From Ottowia oryzae (GTDB taxonomy: Bacteria; Pseudomonadota; Gammaproteobacteria; Burkholderiales; Burkholderiaceae_C): a stretch of DNA of 32,000 nucleotides. The position numbers and the translations under genes were made by a program. This document shows, one piece after another, positions 1-10,269 of the stretch (within the stretch, counting starts at the first letter, position 1; the number at the start of each line of letters is the position of its first letter). The stretch is from assembly GCF_003008535.1 (NCBI RefSeq), contig NZ_CP027666.1:2892176-2924175 (forward strand), read 5' to 3'. The notes under the pieces were generated by a model that saw only the letters and a list, made by a program, of their open reading frames with translations, ran no database searches and was not told the DNA's origin.

Positions 1-1094
1 TGGTCGGTTCCGTGCTCATGGATCGCATGGAGGCCGAGAACGATTTCAGCCTGATCGAGCCCATCTTCTTTTCGACCAGCAACGCGGGCGGTGCAGCCCC
101 CGCAATGGCCAAGAATGATAAAACCCTCAAGGATGCACACGATCTGGACGCACTGAAGAAGTGCGACGTGATCCTGACCTGCCAGGGTGGCGATTACACG
201 TCTGAGGTGTTCCCCAAGCTGCGCGCAGCGGGCTGGAAAGGCCACTGGATCGACGCAGCCAGCACATTGCGCATGAACAGCGACGCCGTGATCGTGCTGG
301 ATCCGGTCAATCTGCCTGTGATCCAGTCGGCCATGGCCAAGGGCGGCAACAATTGGATTGGCGGCAACTGCACCGTCAGCTGCATGCTGATGGGCGTTGG
401 CGCGCTGTACAAGGCCGGCCTCGTCGAATGGATGAGCACGCAGACCTACCAAGCCGCCAGCGGCGGCGGCGCACAACACATGCGCGAACTGCTGACCCAA
501 TTCGGCACGCTCAACGCCGAGGTCAAGGCGCTTTTGCAGGACCCCAAAAGCGCCATCCTCGAGATCGACCGCAAAGTCATCGCCAAGCAGCGCGCGCTCA
601 CGGCCGAAGAAACGGCCAACTTCGGCGTGCCGCTGGGCGGCTCGCTGATCCCGTGGATCGATAAGGACATGGGCAACGGGGTCAGCCGCGAAGAGTGGAA
701 AGGAATGGCCGAGACGAACAAGATCCTTGGCTTGGGCGAAGGCTTTGAAAGCGCCGCGATTCCAGTGGACGGCTTCTGTGTGCGCGTAGGCGCCATGCGC
801 TGCCACAGCCAAGCCTTGACCTTCAAACTGAAGAAGGACGTGCCGCTGGACGAGATCGAGGCCATGATCGCCGCAGACAACGACTGGGTGAAGGTCGTGC
901 CGAACAACAAGGAAGCTACCCTGGCCGACCTGACCCCGGTGGCCGTCACCGGCACGATGACCATTCCTGTGGGCAGGATCCGCAAGCTGGCCATGGGGCC
1001 GGAGTACCTGGGCGCCTTCACCATCGGCGATCAACTGCTCTGGGGGGCGGCCGAGCCGCTGCGCCGCATGCTGCGCATCCTGCTTGAGGCCTGA
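1..1094 (+). CDS. asd: aspartate-semialdehyde dehydrogenase (5' end outside the window)
   Basis: The frame is open from the window edge (..[26 protein letters not shown]..), so the listed start at 12 is internal. Asd-typical blocks are present: [18 protein letters not shown] (active-site Cys context), [14 protein letters not shown] and [13 protein letters not shown]. The stop is at 1092-1094. Confidence 0.95.
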
Positions 1095-1107
1095 TACCCT
1101 TGCGCTC

Positions 1108-1126
1108 GGGCGGCTGTCTGCCGCCC
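1108..1126 (+). terminator. GC hairpin downstream of asd (possible terminator, no clear U-run)
   Basis: gggcggc-tgtct-gccgccc forms a perfect 7-bp stem with a 5-nt loop, 14 nt after the asd stop. It is followed by gtcgttgcc, which is only weakly T-rich. Confidence 0.35.
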
Positions 1127-1205
1127 GTCGTTGCCAACCGACAACATCCAGGCGACGCTTTCGGCGCCGGGGTAACTTGTGAGAAGAGTTAACCGGTGTC
1201 TCAGC

Positions 1206-1234
1206 TTGTCAGCCTAATTTGTTGATGTTAATGT
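1206..1234 (+). promoter_or_regulatory. candidate sigma70-type promoter for fimV
   Basis: TTGTCA (1206-1211), a 17-nt spacer, then TAATGT (1229-1234). It sits in the only AT-rich patch of the asd-fimV gap, about 50 nt upstream of the fimV ATG. This is a sequence match only. Confidence 0.3.
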
Positions 1235-1282
1235 CGATTTTCAATTTCGTCTCGGCCAGGCTACGCCTGCCATTTATCCGCT

Positions 1283-4000
1283 ATGCAGAATAAGACCGCC
1301 TTGATCCAGATGGGATCGTCGTTGCCCCACGGAAGCACCGCTCCGTTCTGGAAAAAAGGCCTTCTGGCCAGTGCCGCCGGCCTCGCGTTGCTGGGCGCCA
1401 GCCTGGACGCCCAGGCCTTGGCGCTGGGCGCTGTCACCGTCCGGTCTTCGCTGGGCGAGCCGCTGCGCGCCGAAATCGAAGTGCCCCAGATTTCCTCGGA
1501 AGAGGCTTCTTCGCTGCAGGCCAGCATGGGCAGCCCGCAGGCTTTTCGCGCTGCCGGCGTTGAGTACAGCGCATCCTTGAGTGGTGCCCGCGTCACCCTG
1601 CACCGCCGCCCGAATGGTCAGGCTTACCTGCGCGTCGTGGGTGACAAGCCCATCAATGAGCCCTTCTTGGGCATGGTGATTGAAGCGAACTGGGCCAATG
1701 GCCGTGTGGTTCGCGACTACACCATGCTGGTCGATCCCCCTGGCCGCGCCGCACCGCCCCCGGTCACCGTGACCGAATCGCGCACCGCCCCTTCGGCGCC
1801 GCCTGCACCTGCCCCCGTCGTCACCGCGCCAGCCCCCGTGGCGCAGCAAACCACTCCGGCGCGCCCTGAATCCGCACCGGTAGAGCGTGCCGAGCGGCCC
1901 GCGCGTCCTTCGCGTCGCGCCAACCCTACCCCCGCACCCGCCGCGTCTGAGGCGTCCGGCGGCGGTGGGCAAGTGACGGTGCAGCGCGGCGATACGGCTT
2001 ACGGCATCGCCAGTGCCGCAGGCGCGCAAGGCGTCTCGCTCGACCAGATGCTGATCGCCATGCTGCGCGCCAACCCCAACGCTTTCGTCGGTGGCAACGT
2101 GAATCGCATGCGCGCCGGCGCAGTGCTGAACATGCCTACGGCCGAGCAAGCCTCCGCAGTGTCCCGCCGCGATGCCCGCCGCGCTGTCGTCGCGCAGACG
2201 AAAGACTTCAGCGGCTTCCGACGTGGCCTGGCGTCTCGCGTTCAATCCACCCCTACGGTGGCTGTTGGCCGCAGCGCTTCGGGTGGCGTGCAAGCTCAGG
2301 TTCAGGACAGCCGCGCACCGGCGCCCACCCAAGATCGCCTCACCCTTTCCAAAGGGGCAACACCAAGCGGCGCGGAATCCAAAGTTGCGCAATCGCGCCA
2401 AGCCAAAGAGCAGTCGGAACGTGTCGCCGAACTGAACAAGAACATCGAAGACTTGGCCAAGCTGCAGGCGGCTTCTGGCCCCGCAACTGGCAAGCCAACC
2501 GGGTCTGCCACCCCCGGCATTTCCGTGCCCGTCGCCGCCCCGGCACCCAGCGCTTCGCCAGTGGCATCGGCAGCTTCCGCCGCTGCAGCAACGGCCTCGG
2601 CTGCTGCTGTCGCCGCCACGGACGCAGCCAGCGCGGCTTTGTCGACCGCCAGTGCCGCAGTGTCGGCAGCTTCCGACGCACTGCCCGCTGCCAGCGCTGC
2701 ATCCGATGCAGCTTCTGAAGCCGCTGCGGCCGCCCAGGAAGCAGCAGCTCGCGCGTCTGCCGCCTCTGCTGCAGCGGCACGCAAGCGGCCAGCACCCGCA
2801 CCTGCTCCCGTCGAAGAGCCGTCCTTCCTGGACACTCTGGCCGAGAACCCTCTGATTCCCGCCGGCGTGCTTGCTGCGCTTGGCCTGATCGGCTTCGGCG
2901 TTTACCGCTCGCGCAAAGCCAAGAAGAACGCGGCGCCGCTGGACAGCGCTTTCATCGAAAGCCGCCTGCAGCCCGATTCCTTCTTCGGCGCCAGCGGCGG
3001 CCAAAGAGTGAACACAAAGGACGCTGGCCCTGTCAGTGGTGGCGCTTCCTCCATGGCTTACTCGCCCAGCCAGTTGGACGCCGCTGGCGACGTCGACCCT
3101 GTCGCCGAAGCCGACGTTTACCTGGCCTATGGCCGCGACATGCAAGCCGAGGAAATCCTCAAGGAAGCCCTGCGCACCCAGCCGGGCCGCGTCGCCATCC
3201 ATAAGAATCTGGCCGCCATCTACGCCAAGCGCCGCGATGCCCGCGCCCTGGAGGCCATCGCTACCGAGGCCTACCATCTGACCAACGGTGAAGGCGCTGA
3301 CTGGGTTTCGATCACCAATCTGGGGGCCGAGCTCGATCCGGACAATCCGCTCTACAAACCAGGTGGCGCACCTGTGGCGCGAACGGCGCCGGTACCGGTT
3401 CGCCCCTCGTTCGGCGCTGATACCGAGCCCCAAACCGCACAGCTGATCGACAAGAAAGGCGCCGCCAGCTCCGGCATTCCGCTGGATCTGAACCTGGACC
3501 TGGATGACGCCCCGGTGCGCGCGCCGGCGGCAGCGCCTGCCCGCACCCCCAGCGCTCCTGCCGCAGCCGCACCCGTGCGTCCGGCGCCGGTCGCCGCCCC
3601 CGCAGCGGAAGTGCCGACCGCCGCCGTCCCGGTCGATCTCGATTTGGACATGGACTTCTCGCCACCTTCCGAGCTGCGCCCCGACTCAGCCGCGCCCAGC
3701 GCGCCTGTTCGCACCGCTGCTGCACCGATCGCACCTGCTGGTGGCCGGAACTCGGGCATGATCGATTTCGATATGGATGCCCTGTCGGTCGATCCGGATT
3801 CTCGCTCTGGCGGCGAACTGCGTACCGAGCAGCCTGACGATGCCGATGAAGACCCCGTAGGCACCAAGCTCTCGCTGGCGCAAGAATTCCACGCCATTGG
3901 CGACACCGAAGGCGCCCGCGCACTGGTGAAGGAAGTGATTGCCGAGTCTTCTGGCTCGATGCGCGCCCGCGCAGAGCGCTTCCTGGCCGAACTCAGCTGA
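1283..4000 (+). CDS. fimV: FimV-family peptidoglycan-binding / type IV pilus assembly scaffold protein
   Basis: A 905-aa ORF with these parts:
- a hydrophobic N-terminus;
- the conserved FimV N-domain ([21 protein letters not shown]);
- a LysM-like segment ([35 protein letters not shown]);
- a long Ala/Pro/Ser-rich linker;
- a single TM helix ([18 protein letters not shown]);
- a TPR-like region ([21 protein letters not shown]);
- the FimV C-terminal motif ([24 protein letters not shown]).

Its position between asd and truA is the usual one in beta- and gammaproteobacteria. Confidence 0.85.
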
Positions 4001-4050
4001 TCCTGCCTGGCCCGAGCGTCCTTGCACTGCGCGGACGCTCATGCCCCAAG

Positions 4051-4079
4051 CGGCGCCCCATGGGCGCCGTTTCTTTTTT
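4051..4079 (+). terminator. Rho-independent terminator of fimV
   Basis: cggcgccc-cat-gggcgccg forms a perfect 8-bp GC stem and is followed directly by tttctttttt. A second hairpin (gagcgtcc...ggacgctc, 4014-4040) precedes it. Confidence 0.7.
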
Positions 4080-4149
4080 GGCGACCCCGACCGCTCGCGT
4101 CTTTTGCCATTGGCCTGGCCTCACTTCTTCCTTAAGCGACAATTCCCCG

Positions 4150-4932
4150 GTGCGCATCGCTCTTGGCATCAGTTACCTCGGCACGGCCTACCAAGGCTGG
4201 CAAAGCCAGCCATCGGGCCAGACGGTTCAAGACCGGCTGGAGCGCGCCCTGGCTCAATTTGCGGCCGAACCCATCCACACGCTTTGCGCGGGCCGAACGG
4301 ACGCGGGCGTGCACGGCTTGATGCAGGTTGTGCACTTCGACTCGCAGATCGATCGCGAGCCGTTCTCCTGGGTACGCGGCACCAACCGGTTCTTGCCAGC
4401 CGACATCGCGGTAGAGTGGGCGCAACCCGTTGCCGACACCTTCCACGCCCGCGCCAGTGCGCTGGGGCGCCGCTACGCGTATTTGCTTCGTGAATCACCC
4501 GTGCGCCCCTCCCTCGATGCTGGCCGCGTAGGCTGGTCGTTCCGGCCGCTGGACGGCGAAGCGATGCTGGCCGCCGCAGCCCATTTGTTGGGTGAGCACG
4601 ATTTCACCTCGTTTCGCGCCTCGGCTTGCCAGGCGCTGTCGCCCGTCAAACACCTCACGCACGTGGGCATTCAGCGGCGCGGCGCGTATTGGCGGTTTGA
4701 TTTCGCGGCCAACGCTTTCTTGCACCACATGATCCGCAACCTGATGGGCTGCTTGATTCAGGTCGGCCAGGGCCTCAAGCCGGCCGACTGGATGGCCGAC
4801 GTGCTGGCCGCGCGCGATCGCGATGCCGCCGCGCCTACGTTTTCGCCCGACGGCCTGTATTTTCTCGGTCCGGTTTACGACGCGCACTGGGCGTTGCCAG
4901 AGCGCACCGCCGCCTATGATTGGCTGCCATGA
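4150..4932 (+). CDS. truA: tRNA pseudouridine(38-40) synthase
   Basis: [20 protein letters not shown].. matches the canonical TruA N-terminus (MRIALGIEYDG..), and the catalytic Asp context GRTDAGVHG is present. The GTG at 4150 is preferred because the longer ORF's ATG at 4060 lies in the loop of the fimV terminator. The start is uncertain (4060 or 4150). Confidence 0.88.
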
Positions 4933-5663
4933 CCGCTGATACTTCGCCCACGGGCAGTCGCCCCGCCCCACGCACACGCATCAAGATTTGCGGCCTGACG
5001 TGTGAAGCCGACGTGGCCGCGGTGGTGGCCGCCGGCGCTGACGCCATTGGATTCAACCTCTATCCCAAGAGTCCGCGCTACGTCGAACCGGCCAGGGCCG
5101 CACAACTGGCGCGCCTGTTGCCTCCCATGGTCACGCCGGTGCTGCTGTTCGTGAACGAGGATGCTATCAATATAGAAGCTGCTTGCGCAATGGTGGCGGG
5201 CGCTACCATTCAATTTCATGGTGATGAATCGCCAGCGGAATGCGCCGCGCTGGCCGCCCGACTGCAGCGCCCGTTCTGGCGCGCGGCGCGCCTACCGACG
5301 GACGGCGCCGCGCCGTTCGACTTGCTAGAATTTGCGCACGACTTCGCGCAGGCACAGGCCCTGCTTCTGGACGCGCACGTCCAGGGCTACGGCGGAGGCG
5401 GAAGGACATTCGATTGGTCACAGCTGCCAGCAAACATACCCGCTCACCTCGTTTTGGCTGGTGGGTTAACACCTGCAAATGTGAGCGCAGGCATTGCCGC
5501 GCTGCGCGGGCGGGGTCTCTCGCTCGCGGTTGACGTTTCATCCGGCGTCGAAGCCGATGGCCCTGACGGCCAGCCGCTCAAGGGCATCAAAGACGCCGAC
5601 AAAATTGACCGCTTCGTCGCTGCCGTGCGTGCAGCGGACGCAGCCTATCCCTATCTTCCATGA
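4929..5663 (+). CDS. trpF: phosphoribosylanthranilate isomerase
   Basis: [17 protein letters not shown] and [12 protein letters not shown] are TrpF hallmarks. The ATG at 4929 overlaps the truA stop (ATGA). The TTG at 4920 is the alternative start given in the ORF track. Confidence 0.9.
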
Positions 5664-6940
5664 CCACCTATCACCAGCCCGATGCCAGCGGGCACTTTGG
5701 CCGCTACGGCGGCAGCTTTGTCTCAGAAACCCTCACCTACGCCATCAACGAGCTGAAGGACGCCTACGCGCGCTACCAGCACGACCCGGCTTTTCTGGCC
5801 GAGTTTCAGTACGAACTGGCGCACTACGTGGGCCGCCCGTCCCCGGTCTACCACGCGGCACGCACCAGCCGCGAGTTGGGCGGCGCGCAGATCTACCTCA
5901 AGCGCGAAGACCTCAACCACACCGGCGCCCACAAGATCAACAACGTGATCGGCCAAGCGATGCTGGCCAAGCGCATGGGCAAGCCGCGCATCATTGCCGA
6001 AACCGGCGCGGGCCAGCACGGCGTGGCCACAGCCACCATCTGCGCGCGCTATGGCATGGAATGCGTGGTGTACATGGGCAGCGAAGACGTCAAGCGCCAA
6101 AGCCCCAACGTGTACCGCATGAAGCTGCTGGGCGCCACCGTGGTGCCGGTCGAATCCGGCAGCAAAACGCTGAAAGACGCGCTGAACGAGGCCATGCGCG
6201 ACTGGGTGGCCCATGTGGACAACACCTTCTACATCATCGGCACGGTGGCGGGCCCGCACCCCTACCCGATGATGGTGCGCGACTTCCAGAGCGTGATCGG
6301 CCGCGAATGCCTTGAGCAAATGCCCGCCATGCTGGCCGACCAGAAAGCAGCCAGCGAGCAGCCCGATGCCGTCGTCGCCTGCGTGGGCGGCGGCAGCAAC
6401 GCCATGGGCATCTTCTACCCCTACATCCCCTACGAAGGCACGCGCCTGATCGGTGTCGAGGCCGCCGGCGAGGGGCTGGACAGTGGCAAACATTCGGCCA
6501 GCCTTCAGCGCGGCAGCAGCGGGGTGCTGCACGGCAACCGCACCTTCATCCTGCAGGACGCCAACGGCCAGATCACCGAAACGCACAGCATCAGCGCGGG
6601 GCTGGATTACCCCGGCGTCGGCCCCGAACATGCGTGGCTCAAAGACATTGGCCGCGCCGAGTACGTGGGCGCCACCGACGCCGAAGCGCTGGCGGCATTC
6701 CACCACCTGTGCCGCACCGAGGGCATCATCCCTGCGCTGGAATCCAGCCACGCGATGGCGTATGCCATGAAGCTGGCGCCGACCATGCGGCCAGACCAAT
6801 CCATCCTGGTGTGCCTGTCTGGCCGCGGCGACAAAGACATTGGCACGGTCGCCGACCTGGACGGGGCCGACTTTTACGATCGCCCCTCGATGCGCGGCCA
6901 TGTCGTCAAAGGCGCCCCCGCGCAAGGAGAGCGCGCATGA
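5660..6940 (+). CDS. trpB: tryptophan synthase beta chain
   Basis: [15 protein letters not shown], the PLP-lysine context [11 protein letters not shown], and GGGSNAMG are present. The ATG overlaps the trpF stop (ATGA). It carries roughly 15-25 extra C-terminal residues compared with my recollection of E. coli TrpB. Confidence 0.97.
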
Positions 6941-7746
6941 GCCGCATCGCCACCACCTTCGCCAAGCTGAAGGCCGAGGGCCGCAAGGCGTTGATTCCTT
7001 ACGTCACTGCAGGCTTCCCCTATGCCGACATCACGCCCGCGCTGATGCACGGCATGGTCGCCGCAGGTGCCGATGTGATCGAGCTGGGCGTGCCGTTTTC
7101 CGACCCCAGCGCCGACGGCCCGGTGATTCAAAAGGCAGGTGACCGCGCCTTGGCGCTGGGCATCGGCCTGGCCCAGGTGCTGGCCATGGTGCGCGAATTC
7201 CGCGCAACCGACAGCGCCACGCCGGTGGTGCTGATGGGCTACGCCAACCCGGTCGAGCGCTACGACCAGCAGCACGGCGCCGACGCCTTCGTGCGCGACG
7301 CGGCCGCCGCAGGCGTGGATGGCGTGCTGATCGTCGACTACCCACCCGAGGAATGCGCCGAATTTGCCGCGAAGCTGCGCGCCAGCGACATGGACCTGAT
7401 CTTCCTGCTGGCGCCCACCTCGACCGAGCAGCGCATGCAGCAGGTGGCCGATGTGGCCAGCGGCTACGTCTACTACGTGTCGCTGCGCGGCGTGACGGGC
7501 TCTGGCGCGCTGAACACCGCTGAAGTCGAGGCGACGCTGCCCCGCATTCGCCAGCATGTGAAGATTCCGGTGGGCGTGGGCTTTGGCATCCGCGACGCGG
7601 ACACCGCCCGCGCCGTGGGCCGCGTGGCCGACGCTGTGGTCATCGGCAGCCGCCTGATCCAGGTGATCGATGAGCAGCCGCACGAGAAGGTGGTTGCGGC
7701 AGCGGCGGATTTCCTGCAGCCCATTCGGGCAGCGTTGGATGCTTGA
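6937..7746 (+). CDS. trpA: tryptophan synthase alpha chain
   Basis: The sequence [28 protein letters not shown]...[18 protein letters not shown] is typical TrpA. AAGGAGA (6924-6930) sits 6 nt upstream of the ATG, and the ATG overlaps the trpB stop (ATGA). The longer ORF from 6634 lies inside trpB. Confidence 0.95.
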
Positions 7747-7755
7747 CGCGCGAAT

Positions 7756-7785
7756 ATTGAACCCACAGGTATTGAACCCACAGGT
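7756..7785. repeat. perfect 15-bp tandem duplication (attgaacccacaggt x2)
   Basis: Read directly from the sequence: copies at 7756-7770 and 7771-7785, 10 nt after the trpA stop in the trpA-accD spacer. Confidence 0.9.
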
Positions 7786-7895
7786 TTCGGCCTGTTCCGG
7801 TTGCTGGCGCACAATGCGGCCCAGTGTTTTCGACGGATCGTTGGGTTCGTCCCTTCGGTGGCCGCTGGTTGCTGAACTAAAAGGCTTGTTGAACC

Positions 7896-8768
7896 ATGAG
7901 TTGGCTTGAAAAACTCCTGCCCCCCAAGATCCAGAAATCCGACGCCGCTGAGCGGCGTCAAATGCCTGAAGGGCTATGGATCAAGTGCCCGCAATGCGAG
8001 ACGGTGCTTTACAAGACCGATCTGGAGCAAAACCAGAACGTCTGCCCGCATTGCGGCCACCACCACCGCATTGGCGCGCGCGAGCGGCTGAACGTCTTTC
8101 TCGACGCCGAGGGCCGCTACGAGCTGGGCCAAGAAGTGGTGCCGGTAGATCCGCTCAAGTTCAAGGACAGTCGCAAGTACCCCGAGCGGCTGAAAGAGGC
8201 AATGGAAGCCACGGGCGAGACCGACGCGCTGGTGGTGATGGGCGGTGCCGTGCACTCCATCAACCTGGTCGCTGCCGCCTTTGAGTTTGAATTCATGGGC
8301 GGCTCGATGGGCAGTGTGGTGGGCGAGCGCTTCGTGCGCGGCGTTGAAACCGCGATCGAGCAGAAAGTGCCCTTCATCTGCTTTACCGCGACCGGCGGTG
8401 CGCGCATGCAGGAAGGCCTGCTGTCGCTGATGCAGATGGCCAAGACCAACGCTGCGCTGACGCGCCTGGCCAAGAAAGGCCTGCCCTACATCAGCGTGCT
8501 GACCGACCCCACCATGGGTGGCGTGTCGGCTGGCTTTGCCTTTGTGGGTGACGTGGTGATTGCCGAGCCCAAGGCGCTGATCGGCTTTGCCGGCCCGCGC
8601 GTGATCGAGAACACCGTGCGCGTGACCTTGCCAGAGGGCTTCCAGCGCGCGGAGTTCCTGGAATCCAAGGGCGCAGTGGACTTCATCTGTGACCGCCGTG
8701 AACTGCGCGAGAGAATCGCCAACATCCTGGCGATGCTTCAGCGCCAGCCGGCCGACGCGGTTCAATAA
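7896..8768 (+). CDS. accD: acetyl-CoA carboxylase carboxyltransferase beta subunit
   Basis: It has the N-terminal Cys4 zinc finger (CPQCETVLY...CPHCGHH) followed by a carboxyltransferase domain ([18 protein letters not shown]). Confidence 0.95.
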
Positions 8769-8837
8769 AACCCTGCTTGGCATGCACCCCGCTGTTGAGC
8801 GGGGGCAGCGCGAAGGCTGGGCGCAGCCGCTGGCGGA

Positions 8838-9404
8838 TCAAACTGCGGCAAGCAAGCCGGCGCCCAGCAACCGCGCCTGCGCCGAGCCCAGCACCATGCC
8901 CAGCACCTGAAGCACCACCACGGCGGCCATCGGGGTCAGATCCACACCGCCCACCAATGGGATGAAGCGCCGCAGTGGCGCCAGCAGCGGCGCCGTCAGC
9001 CGGTTCAGAACATCGGCAACCGGCGAGTGCGGCTGCGTCCACGAAAGCACCGCCGCCACCACAATGAGCGCCGTCGCCACGGATGCCGCCAGTTTCCCCA
9101 CGCCCAGCAAGGCCAGCACCGGTAGTAAGGCCCAATGCGTCATGCCCAGCATGGCCATGAAAACGCCGTACTGAACCAGTTTGAGCAGCCACGCGCCCAA
9201 CAGATTGGCGGCGTCCACCTTGGCCGAAGGCGGCAGCGCGCGCTGCAGCGGGCGCACCAGCCAGTCGCTCAGCGCCATCACCAGCCGACCCACCGGGTTG
9301 CCCATGCCCATTCCCCGCCAGTGCATGTACATGCGCAGCAGGCAGGCGCCGCCAATCAGCGTGCTGACCACTTCCAGCAGAAAATTGATCACGTCGAACA
9401 GCAT
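8838..9404 (-). CDS. YggT-family integral membrane protein
   Basis: 188 aa with an ATG start and four hydrophobic segments. It has the YggT duplicated motif (..LQRALPPSAKVD.. / ..LRRFIPLVGGVDLTPMAAVVVLQ..). Confidence 0.8.
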   Translation of the reverse strand: MLFDVINFLLEVVSTLIGGACLLRMYMHWRGMGMGNPVGRLVMALSDWLVRPLQRALPPSAKVDAANLLGAWLLKLVQYGVFMAMLGMTHWALLPVLALLGVGKLAASVATALIVVAAVLSWTQPHSPVADVLNRLTAPLLAPLRRFIPLVGGVDLTPMAAVVVLQVLGMVLGSAQARLLGAGLLAAV

Positions 9405-9532
9405 GGGCAGGGGAAATCGGTCGGGTTAGGCAGAGCGGCGGGTGCACGGGCACATGCACCCTCGATGTGCGTGCGATGATAGCCGCGGCGCCGCAGCACA
9501 CTGCCCTGTCAGGGCGGCGGGCGCACTCATCC

Positions 9533-10177
9533 ATGACTGAAATTCTCCTCACGCTGACGCAGCTTCCGCTTTTCCCTCTCGATACGGTGCTTTTTCCTGG
9601 CGGGCATCTGTCGCTCAAGGTCTTTGAGGTGCGCTACCTCGACATGGTGCGCCGTTGCCACGAAGCCGGTGCGCCTTTCGGCGTGGTGTCGCTGCGCCAG
9701 GGCAGCGAAGTGATTCGCCCCGGCGCCCCGGACGAGCAACTTGAGTCCATCGGTACCCTCGCCCACATTGCCAGCCTGGTGAAGGAGCAGCCAGGCCTGC
9801 TGTCGCTGCAATGCGCCGGGGCGCAGCGCTTTCGCATCGACCGCCAAAGCCGGCTGAAACACGGCCTGTGGGTGGCCGACGTCACGCTGCTGGCCGACGA
9901 CGCCACGGTGCCCGTGCCCACCGATCTGACCGCCGTCGCCCAGGCCTTGCAGCAGGTGCGCGCCAAGCTGCAACTGCGCCCCGGTGGTGCGCAGGACTAC
10001 GGCGACGCCGACGCGCACTACGACGACTGCGCGTGGGTATCCAACCGCTGGTGTGAGCTGCTGCCCCTGCCCGCGGCCACGCGGCAGCGGCTGATGAGCC
10101 TGGACAATCCTTTGCTGCGCCTGGAGCTGGTGGCCGACTTTCTGGCGAAGGCAGGCATCGGCACATCGACGCCATGA
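9533..10177 (+). CDS. stand-alone Lon protease N-terminal (substrate-binding, PUA-like) domain protein
   Basis: LPLFPLDTVLFPGGHLSLKVFEVRYLDMV is the typical LON N-domain opening. The protein is about 215 aa with no AAA+ or protease domain. The start is ATG 9533; the alternative is GTG 9467. Confidence 0.72.
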   Translation: MTEILLTLTQLPLFPLDTVLFPGGHLSLKVFEVRYLDMVRRCHEAGAPFGVVSLRQGSEVIRPGAPDEQLESIGTLAHIASLVKEQPGLLSLQCAGAQRFRIDRQSRLKHGLWVADVTLLADDATVPVPTDLTAVAQALQQVRAKLQLRPGGAQDYGDADAHYDDCAWVSNRWCELLPLPAATRQRLMSLDNPLLRLELVADFLAKAGIGTSTP

Positions 10178-10213
10178 AGCGGCCCGCGGGCAGCTGGCAA
10201 CGCTTCAATTTTC

Positions 10214-10256
10214 ATAGCTGCCAGCGCTGAATGGACGGGCGCTGGAGGCCTTTTTT
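10214..10256. repeat. REP-like element copy R1 (hairpin plus T-run, probable bidirectional terminator)
   Basis: The sequence is atagctgCCAGCGCtgaatggacggGCGCTGGaggcctttttt, a 7-bp GC stem with an 11-nt loop followed by T6. It lies between the convergent Lon-N-domain and dehydratase genes. Confidence 0.75.
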
Positions 10257-10269
10257 GCTTAGGACCACC

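Noticed and set aside
2480-2800. Repetitive GCn-rich DNA, checked as a possible CRISPR or tandem array.
   Set aside because: There are no regularly spaced identical repeats or spacers. It is an in-frame Ala/Ser low-complexity coding tract of fimV.
1274-3433. A 719-aa minus-strand ORF antisense to fimV. Similar long antisense or off-frame ORFs include 5723-6925, 11011-12060, 12960-14045, 14189-15685, 18389-20167, 21705-23255, 24246-25175, 27541-28695, 28912-30069 and 30237-31832.
   Set aside because: Each lies opposite to, or out of frame with, a gene whose product has unmistakable family motifs. Their translations are Arg/Gly/Ala/His/Pro-rich low-complexity strings with no motifs. That is the usual consequence of stop-codon depletion in very GC-rich DNA.
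4060-4149. An N-terminal 30-codon extension of truA, from the ATG at 4060.
   Set aside because: The ATG lies in the loop of the fimV intrinsic terminator, and the extension has no TruA homology. GTG 4150 is preferred.
5175-5207. A REP-like sequence inside trpF (gaagctgcttgcgc-aatggtggcgg-gcgctacc), in a locally AT-richer patch.
   Set aside because: The encoded segment (..[25 protein letters not shown]..) has the same 17-residue spacing as E. coli TrpF between the conserved ..F.N and .Q.HG.E blocks, so nothing has been inserted. The resemblance is probably coincidental or reflects shared GC-palindrome bias.
8787-8804. A hairpin, ccccgc-tgttga-gcgggg, between the convergent accD and yggT-family genes, considered as a terminator.
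   Set aside because: The stem is only 6 bp and there is no flanking T-run on either strand. That is insufficient to call.
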